A stretch of 15,129 nucleotides of DNA from the NCBI GenBank assembly GCA_002269645.1, contig NIVC01005260.1:1-15129 (forward strand), given 5' to 3'. Positions 1 through 9,800 of the stretch are shown here, piece by piece. The translations under genes were made by a program, and so were the position numbers. Every line of letters starts with the position of its first letter. The first letter of the stretch is position 1. The stretch is from Macrostomum lignano (Eukaryota). Under the pieces are notes generated by a model. That model saw only the letters and a program-made list of their open reading frames with translations. It ran no database searches and was not told the DNA's origin.

Positions 1-47
1 TCGGAACAGGCGGAAAGAAGCTAATCGAGATGGTTGCTTTGCTTCGA
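1..47 (-). CDS. Cav1: Cav1 exon start, IVS4 (truncated by the window edge)
   Basis: ATTTCAG acceptor. Reads (S)[14 protein letters not shown] after removing one extra base near 43-44 and one near 12-16. Confidence 0.85.
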
Positions 48-319
48 CTGAAATTCATGGATTGAGCAGTTGTCCCTTTGTCAGCGAGTTCAAGCTCGAG
101 ACTTTAATTGTCAAGTCACAGAAAGAATCTTCAACGCCAAACTAACAAAAATCAAGTGGAAGTACAACACGTACGTTGTTACCGTAAAAACTCGAAATTA
201 AAATATGAAATTAGCTAAAAAATATTCTTTTTGTTTTATCTAGATTCCTCCAATGGACGTTTTGCTGAACTTTGAAAATCTACTTTCAACGTTTGATTCC
301 GGCACATTAACTTGGGGGG

Positions 320-399
<80 letters not shown>

Positions 400-485
400 C
401 ACCTCCAATCTCAGGCACTGACACTGTGAAAAGGACTGAATAAGTCAATTTTTTTTTGAGTAGCCGATATTTCGAAATTAAGCCT

Positions 486-566
<81 letters not shown>

Positions 567-843
567 GAGAGAGAGGGAGGAGAGAGGGAGAGAGAGAGGG
601 AGAGAGAGGGAGAGAGAGGGAGAGAGGGAGAGAGGGAGAGAGAGAGAGGGAGAGAGAGGGAGAGGGAGAGAGAGAGGAGAGAGGGAGAGAGGGAGAGAGG
701 GAGAGGAGAGAGGGGGGAGAGAGAGAGGGGGAGAGAGAGAGGGAGAGGGAGAGAGGAGAGAGAGGAGGGAGAGAGGGAGAGAGGGAGAGAGAGAGGGAGA
801 GAGAGAGAGAGGGGGAGAGAGAGAGAGAGGGAGAGAGAGAGGA

Positions 844-886
<43 letters not shown>

Positions 887-3800
887 TAGCGCAAAAAGAC
901 CGACTGTATGGTTTACTGGAGTTTGGGCCATAGACAACAAAGCTTCAAACAGGCCTGGGGATTAAGAGGGCAGAAAGGAAGGAGATGTGGAGAGAGACAG
1001 AGAATACAACGTGAATTGTTACATTCCATTAACAATGGAGAACCAGAGCTCCATCGTGCAAGAAACAGTGAATGTGTCTGGTGGTTTTCAGGTGAATGTT
1101 CGGTGTATTGTTTATTATGAACAACTGTACTTTTAACAGTTGCAATCTGTGATGAGGTTTACGGTCACTTAATTTTAAGCAGTGCCCAAAGATGGTTCCT
1201 TTCAGACTTCCTGAGAGGAACTAATAGTACCTATCAAAACAAACAGAATGGATCGTCAGGTGCATTTCTAGTATAATTAATACAAAAGTACATTTACTAG
1301 TGAAAGGGTGCTTCAATAATAAGGAATATAAAATGAAACAAAAGTTCACAACGCTTAAAAAGCTTCCAAAAATCCTCCTCAGTTCCAAAGCAGCTCAGTT
1401 TGGCAACAACCCAGCTTTTTGCGCAGTCAAAAATGACAAATATGGATTTGACAGTTGGTCGGCAAATAGCGTACATGCGTGTGGGCGTGTTTCTCAGCAT
1501 CAAGTGGCGGCTGCACAGGCTCTGGAACGCTATTTGCTTGCTGTATGATCGTATTAAAGGAGAGAGAGACAAGTTGTAGTTAGTAGGGCTGGTTAGACAG
1601 TTTTGCATGTAAAAAAATTGGGTAAATAATTACTTGTCCATATAGATGGACAGCTGAAGCAAAAAGGAGCTGCATTTTCAGATCGTAAAAATTGTTAACA
1701 CACTATAGAGATGTGACCACCTGTAATATAAGCTCGATAAACTTTTTGTAATCATCCATACAGAAAATACATACTTGAAACTTATTTTAAAATTGTTCGT
1801 TTTTAAGCTTAGTGATCCATTCAATACACCCAGAAGTATTATTGCTCTCTTCCACCAGTAAATAAATCACTCACTCAGTAAATAAATAAATAAAACAGTC
1901 ATATCGATTTATTGTACAACAGCTTACCACAATTTTGCTGGATATGATGTCGATATAAGACCCCAGCACGATGACGAAATCTAGCACGTTCCATAGGTCG
2001 CTGAAGTAGTTCTAAAATGTGAGAATAGGAGCCTCGCTATAAATTAACACATCATGATATTGGAGCACTAAACGTTGCTCGCAGGGGCGTCGGCACCGGG
2101 GGGACAGAGGGGACAGGACCCCCGAGTAAAAGCTTTGTCCCCCCACCCAACCTTGTGACCCGTTATGTAAATCAATAGTTTTGCTTCAGGGTGCTTGCGG
2201 CGCTAGAATGAGTGCTGGTGGCGCTAGAATGAGTGCTTGCGGCGCTAGAATGAGTGCTTGCGGCGCTAGAATGAGTGCTTGCGGCGCTAGAATGAGTGCT
2301 GGCGGCGCTAGAATGAGTGTTTGCGGCGCTAGAATGAGTGCTTGCGGCGCTAGAATGAGTGCTTGCGGCGCTAGAATGAGTGCTTGCGGCGCTAGAATGA
2401 GTGCTTGCGGCGCTAGAATGAGTGCTTGCGGCGCTAGAATGAGTGCTTGCGGCGCTAGAATGAGTGCCTGCAGTGCCAAAATATCTGCTGCGCTAAATGT
2501 GCGCTGACAACACAGATCATGTACATGTAAAGTAGAATTCTTGGCTGTGTCTACCCGACCATAAAATTTATGCCGACGCCCCTGTTCTCACCGAGAAGAA
2601 ATTAAGAAGGTAACAAATAAACAAAAATCAGTGATGTTGGTTAAGGTAGAGGTCACGAGGACGTGACCCGCGTCACTGAGAAAAACAGGTTGACAATATT
2701 ACAGCACCAATCACACTGCATGAGGTGGCTATGGATTAGCAGAGGGCTGGAGCACTAGCTTGACCTGCATGTATGCTCTACTTACCCTAAAGCTAAATGC
2801 CACCAGCTTCAAAATGAACTCGATGGTGAAGATGGCGGTGAAGAGCATGTTGAAATAGTCAAGCACCGAGCTGTACGTTTCAGGCTGGCCTTCAAACTGC
2901 AATGATTGACATATGAACTCGTGTGAAAAATTTGAATAGAAATTATTAGCCTGGAATACAAATATACAAAGAAAGTAAGACACAAAGAGTCGAGCGACAT
3001 AGCAAATGTATAGTGGCCCTTCCACACCAAAAATAAGTCTGTAACAAAAAACCAAAATTGCACAACTTCGAAGAAAACTTGTCTTCTTAACGGCAAAATG
3101 GTCCTCCCTAGGTAAAGCCACTTCCCTAGGTCGTATGAAGCGACTTCCCTAGGTCGTATAAAGCGACCTCCCTAGGTCGTATGAAGCGACTTCCCTAGGT
3201 CGTATAAAGCGACCTCCCTAGGTCGTATGAAGCGACCTCTCAATGTATATAAAGCGACTTCCCTAGGTCGTATGAAGCGACCTCCCTAGGTCGTATGAAG
3301 CGACCTCTCAATGTATATAAAGCGACTTCCCAAGGTCGTATGAAGCGACCTCCCTATGTATATAAAGCCACTTCCCTAGGTCGAATGAAGCCACTTCCCT
3401 AGGTCGTATAAAGCGACCTCCCTAGGTCGCATATGAAGCAACTTTCACGACTAGATGTGGGCACCCAAAGAGCTTTTCATGCACTATTTATTCACTTCAA
3501 AAAAAGAATTTTATGAAACCGAGAGAAACATGACAGCAGGTAATATATGGAGGCTTCAGATAGGAAGTTAACCGGTACTAACCTTCATAGCCAGCGCAAT
3601 CGTGTTGAGCATGATCAGCAGAAAAATTCCGTATTCGAATGGCGTCGAGGTGACAAACCACCAGATCTTGTACTGCAACCGTCGTTGCGGTATGTAGCGC
3701 CGCACTGGCTTGGCTTTTAACGCAAATTCGATGCACTTTCGCTGCATAAGAAAGAAGGAAGATCGGGATAATAAATTTAGGGTGTACTACTTGCATTAGC

Positions 3801-6800
3801 ACGCAAAACAAGTGTACGCTGGTGTGTACTCGTACGGATATTGAGAAATCAGTCTGCTAATACATAATACATACTTGATTTTTATGGAAATTTTTAATTT
3901 TGAAGAGTCAAGCTCGTACTGAAGGTCGTTAAATAATTTTCTCTTTTGTTTAGCTAACATGTACTTACTATTATAGTAACTAAAAACGTATATTTCAAAG
4001 CAACATTCATACTGATTGTACAAAAAGAAAAGAGCATGTGAGCAAAGTAAAAAAGTGAAATAATTGTTAACCAATTGCGATTTGACACAATAAATTTGAG
4101 CTGTGAGTAACGATTGTTGCTTCTAAAAGCAGTCTCACTGACACAAAACAACAATCTAAGGTGATCCAGTCGATCAAGTGCCAACACTTTGCAAAAGGAA
4201 CCTGACATACTTTGTACTACATGTGTTGTCGACCCTGTGAATTGGTCGGTCGGTCTGAACTGGATAAAGGAATGTAAAATGAGAAGCGCATGGAGCTGCA
4301 GGGGACGGCGACTTGGCGCAGATTAGCGGGGAACGAACCAATTTAATCCGGGGACCAACTGAGATCCGCACGCCCGACCCGAAAATCCAATCCCCATGCA
4401 GTTAGGAGCCTCATCGACCATTAAGGTTGGCGAATTAAATGTACTATTGCTCCACCGAGAGAGACTGGAATGAATTTTTGTCAAAGTACTTTTACCGTTC
4501 GATAGTTTTTAAGTCTGACAAAAAATATCGGTGTTCAATTATGAACAGAACTACAAGGGTAAATTTACCAGCCCTTGAATTGCACAGAAACAGCTATAGC
4601 TACAGATATTTATGCTCGAACAAGAGTAAAGGGCTCTGCAAACTTCTGCGGAACATCACTACAACACTAGCCTAGTATCACAAGAGCAAGAAAAAATACT
4701 GATTTCCTAAATACATAAATTTGGCCAACAGATGTCATTCGTGTCTCATATCAGCCTCTCCTCGTTTGGCGGCCGGAGAATGTCCTGCATGCTTTGCTGT
4801 CCCGACTTGCCGCTGCCCAGCTCCCGATCGCTGGGCTTATAAACGCCTGTGTCCTTTCGTCGGTCGCGTATCACTTTAAAAGCTAAGCCAGCTGCAGTTC
4901 CGGCTAGCAGAACAAGTAGCAAACCCACTACTAGGCCGACTACCAGACGACTGTCTGCGGCTGGAGCCTGAGTTCCAGCCTCCACAGGCTCCGTTGTCTG
5001 AGCAGTCTGTGGCATCGTTGTCAGAGGCGGAGTCGTCGTTTGCAGAGTCGTCGCTAGCGGAGTCGTCGCTGGCGGAGTCGTCGCTGGCGGAGTCGAACAG
5101 TTGGCGCCGCTGTAACCGTCGGTACAGTTACAGGAGAAAGTCTCCAACGAAGCGATGCTAGTGCAGAATCCGTGCCCTGAGCAGGGCTCCAGGCCGATCG
5201 TGCTTGTGTTGCAGAAATCTCTAGCCTTTAAGCAAAAGTCGCCCCCGTAGCCGGTAGCGGTGCAGTTGCAGCTCGAGTGGAGGTTCCACTGAAGCCGGGG
5301 CAAGCAGCTGCCCCCGTTTGCACAGATGCAGGGGTCCTCATGGCAGCCAGCCAAAACACCGGAGCCATTCAATAGCTGCACATTCGTCACCTCGGCAATG
5401 GCATTATCCGAGGACTCAGTGACCGTCGCATTGGCAAGGCAACCTCTTAGTCCGTCGGTGCCATTAGTACCACCAAAGGTCATCACAGTCCAGTTGAATA
5501 TCGCCGTTAATGCTGTCGTCGGATCTGCAAATACACGTAGCAGTTCAGCTCCATCCAAGCTGACAGTCACGTCGCTAGCATTGGCATCGAGTCTGATGCT
5601 GACAGAGTGCCAGTATCCGTCAGTAAGATTAACAGCAGCTTGGTTGCGACTGCCATTCGAAGGCCAATCAGCAGTCAGATGCTGGAAAGTTATGCCGAGG
5701 ACCAGTTGCAGCATGCTGTTGGTTTCATTGTCCGTCGACGGTGCGTACAAGCCCCAGATGGACCAAGCCGGGTGTGACGCTCGAAACTCGAATGTTGCGA
5801 CAGTTTCAATCGGGATTGCCGAAGCATTTTGGCGCGTCAGATTTGCAACGCCACTGACGTTAAATGTTGCGACATCGGCCGAAGCATTGGAAATTGGCTG
5901 TGTAACCAGAAACAGCACGCCGAAGCAGAAATACAGAAAAAATCGTTGAAGAAACATGCTTCTGCGCCTAACAATTCAACCGAAGCAAAAAAAGTCGTCA
6001 GAGCTATAGTTGCACGAAACAGTTGTTACGAATCTATCGCTTCAGTAGGCCGTAGTTGAGGTAAGCTATATAATCGCTTTCAAACTTGCTCGTTTACTCT
6101 CATGCTTAATTAGACGCAGGCTGAAGCATAATAATAGCTGCAATAGCCACGAAGTTCCACGAGTGTCGTATGTCAGCACGGGCACGATAGAGAGTAGTAG
6201 TAGTACGTCTCTAGTCACGGAGGAAATGCGCCACACTGGTCGCCTTTTATAAGGTACGCTCGCCGTGGCCTTTCTCGCGAACAGCTAGCTGCTTTCCTTT
6301 GTATACACTTCTCTGTATACTCACTATAGCAGCCTGGCCTTCTCTCCAGACACTCACTAATGCAGGGCAGAACTGACTGGACGGATTTGGCGAGCGAATC
6401 TCTCTTGCCAAAAGTTCTGTTGGTCATGCAGTACTCATGTCGTTTTTTCTTAATGCTTCTTTTTATTTTCACTCCTGCTTCGCAGAGAACACGGCCCACA
6501 GGGAAAGTTTTCTCTCGTTTTAGCTCATGTAAAATCGTTTTTATATCGGGCTGACGGACGCGGTCGATTGGGCTGAGTTAGCTGAGCAGAGCCGGGAGGT
6601 AGGGCTGAGAAGCTTTATGGGTAGAGAAAGGGAGTTGGCCTGGAGGGTTATTGGATGAAAGAACTGCAGCTTAGGGCGTGGAGATGTATGAGCTCATTCG
6701 CTTTCCTCCACTCTCTCCTGCCCTAACCGTCTCACCTGCTGAGCACATCCAGATGGTTTCTGTCAGACTTAACTGCGCACGACAATAGGCTCTATAATTT

Positions 6801-9800
6801 CGCGGGGAGTGCTCGTTTCTCACCCTCAGGCCAGCGTGCATGGTCGCTTGGCGTGCATACATGAGCATACATACGGAATGAGGCGCTTTGCATTCAGTGG
6901 CAGACTGAACTTGAGTAAGCAAATGATAGAAGAGATAATTATTTTCAGTGAAAAGGATGACAGTTTTCTGTTGCAACCACTGCCTATTCTTTACTCCTTA
7001 ATATCTGTATAATATGACATTAAGTAATTAAAGCTATCAAGCAAGATAAGGAGTCAGAGGCAAGCACGAGGGACTGTCAAAACAGTTGTGCATATACACG
7101 ATAATGCAGACACGTTATTAGGAGGTGGGGCAGCTATGTACATGAATGGGGCAGTGGGGCTTCACCGCATTTTAACTGCTTTAACCCGTGCCCTAATTTA
7201 ACAGCGCACATGTATAAACATTCTTGCTTGCCTAGATTGACTAAGGGACTGGAGAGTGGCATAATTTTAACCATTGTCAATTATAGAAGCTTGTCTAGCA
7301 GATGTATCAAAGTCGAAGCCTTCTGAGGCAGCGCTCGCTACTTCAACGATCGCTATGCACAGCAAAGTCGGGCACCCCAAACGGTCGATTCGACTGCGCA
7401 GTGATCGGTGCCGGACACAACGGCCTGGTGGCTGCCGCCTACTTGGCTGGCGCTGGTAAGAAAGTCTGCGTACTTGAACGGCGTCATGTGATCGGTGGCG
7501 CTGCCGTAACTGAAGAGATCGTGCCCGGGTTCAAGTTCAGCCGCTGCTCCTACGTGCTGAGCCTGCTGCGCCGAAGGTGATGGAAGACCTTCAGCTAGAA
7601 CGGCATGGCTTGGTCGTGTACACTCGCGACCCCAGCTCCTATACGCCTCTACTGGAGCCCGGGTCGAAAACTGGAGCTCAGTCACTTCTACTGGGCCGCG
7701 ACCACGCGCGGACGCACAGGTCCATCGCCGCATTTTCGCCTCGCGACGCCGACCAGTTTGTCCGCTACGAAGAGCAGATGGGCCGCCTGGCAGCCAGTCT
7801 GGAGCCGCTGCTCGATAACCCGCCGTTCAACTTGCACCACCTGCTGGCATCAAGCGGACTTCGCGCGAAAGCAAGGGAACTCGAACGGGCTAGACCGCTT
7901 TACCGGATGGCGTCTCAGCTCGGACCGCAGCTGCTGCAGCTCTACGAGCTGCTCACTGCGCCAACTTCTCGAATTCTGGATCGCTGGTTCGAGAGCGAGC
8001 CTTTGAAGGCCACTCTGGCCACGGACAGCGTCATCGGAGCAATGATTTCGCCGGACACGCCTGGCAGCGGCTACGTACTACTGCATCACGTGATGGGCGG
8101 AGTGAACAATATCCCAGGAGCATGGGGCTTTGTCCACGGCGGTATGGGATCTGTTAGCAAAGCTATTGCCGAAAGTGCTCAAGCAAGAGGTATGAAACTA
8201 CAGGAACCAATTGCTATTAACGAGTAAACTTTGAAGCTCAATTTGATTTAAAACGCTTAAATCGTTTCTCCTCAGGTGCCAAGATATTCACCGATGCTCC
8301 GGTCTCTCATATCAAAGTAGTAAATGGCAAAACAGAAGGCGTTGTTCTTGCCGACGGCAGCGAAGTAGATGCGCCCGTGGTGTTGTCGAACGCCACGCCG
8401 AAGGTGACGTTCGAAAACCTGCTGCCGCCAGACTCTCTGCCCGAGGACGATTTTCTGGCCAGCGTACGGCGAATCGACTACGCCTCGCCAGTGACGAAAA
8501 TCAACGTGGCCGTTTCCCGACTGCCAAACTTTCTCGCCGATCCCAATCCGGTGTCGGGCGACTGCCCGGACCATTTTCACGGCACCATTCACCTCAACTC
8601 CGACAGCTGCGCCATGATTGATACGGCCTACCGGGCCTGTCAGCAGGGCGGCTACGCTGATAGGCCGGTCATCGAGATGACTGTGCCCTCGTCGCTTGAC
8701 GATAGTCTAGCTCCAAAAGGTACGCGGAAGATTGAGCATTTCTATACTAATATACTGCAGGTCTGGCTGGTTGACTGTCTCCAGAACTTGTTCTAGAAGC
8801 GTCCCAGAGGACTGTGCAAGAGAAGTTAGGCTTATCTGAAACGCCTCCCAAATGATTCAACACTGCTCATAGTTGACTTTATGAACCATGGAAACCACGT
8901 TTTCAATTAGCTTTTAATGCGTCTTCTCTCTGTAGGGGGTTTACCGGATAATCCTCGTCCTAATTACCAATAGGTGCACACGTGGTCCAGCTATTTACTC
9001 AGTACACACCAAAGCTGCTGCATGGCAAGCGGTGGACGCAGGAGGACAAGGACCGCTACACCAGGACCGTGTTCAAATGCATCGACGACTACGCGCCCGG
9101 TTTCTCCGCCTCGGTTGTTGGCAGCGACGTGCTGACTCCGCAGGACCTAGAAGAGACATTCGGTCTCACCGGAGGCAACATCTTCCACGGCGGGATGTCG
9201 CTTGACCAGCTTTACTTCATGCGGCCAACCCCCGAGTACTGCGACTATCGCAGTCCGATCGGCGGCCTCTACCTGTGCGGCAGCGGGGCTCACCCTGGTG
9301 GCGGCGTCATGGGTGCACCTGGACGGCTGTGCGCTTTGGAAGTGCTCAGAGACAGCTAAATGATGATCACTATTGAAGCCATTCATTTTGAATTCAATAG
9401 TTTCCTCTATTATTGAACCTCTATTTCTATTGGAATGGATTTTTTCGGTAATTATAGCAATATTTAGAATTATTCTATTTTTCAATAAGCAGATGTTAGA
9501 ATTCGAAATTTATTTAATAATACATTTTAATAATCACTATACGAACGTAGAAGCAGTCTCAAAAATCCTTGTCTGAAATCGGTAATATTTTTATAGCTGA
9601 TCCTGTAGGGTCAATACCAAACTACATCATAAGAATCAGCTGTTCTTGTCTTCAAAATGAATCAGTGAATGAATGTACCTTATCAGCCTAAAAATAAATC
9701 ATACAAAACAACAGGTCTGCAATGACGCAGACTACAGTTCTTTCTTCTCAGCAGCGTCCTCGCTGTCAGGCTGCTTGGCGGCCTTCTTCGCCGCTTCGTC

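Noticed and set aside
236-965. ORFs of 234, 169 and 138 aa (LSLS / ERER)
   Set aside because: They are translations of the GA microsatellites, with no other coding signal
1297-1608. ORFs 1297-1608 (-) and 1300-1548 (+) as the Cav1 IVS4 exon or separate genes
   Set aside because: No recognisable motifs; the real IVS4 starts at 47. Only the 66-nt segment in another frame has splice support.
2181-2507. Repeat ORFs ACGARMS and ALILAPQ on opposite strands
   Set aside because: A 21-bp unit without stops stays open by arithmetic; it lies inside a MITE-like element
2897-3121. N-terminal part of the 130-aa ORF 2729-3121
   Set aside because: Intronic read-through; only 2786-2896 is channel sequence bounded by splice sites
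5326-5949. 207-aa plus-strand ORF opposite mini-Crumbs
   Set aside because: Antisense shadow of a GC-rich CDS with no domain features; the same applies to 7353-7733, 8272-8592, 9807-10331, 10939-11274 and 11405-11707
6671-6726. Imperfect stem-loop (TTAGGGC/GCCCTAA, GTGGAG/CTCCAC, inner ATGAGCTCAT) as a possible miRNA or ncRNA
   Set aside because: Large bulge and short stems; not distinguishable from chance without folding and conservation data
7302-9359. Calling PYROXD2 or Cav1 pseudogenes because of frameshifts
   Set aside because: The indels are single-base changes repairable at short runs, conservation is otherwise strong and splice sites are intact; sequencing error is more parsimonious
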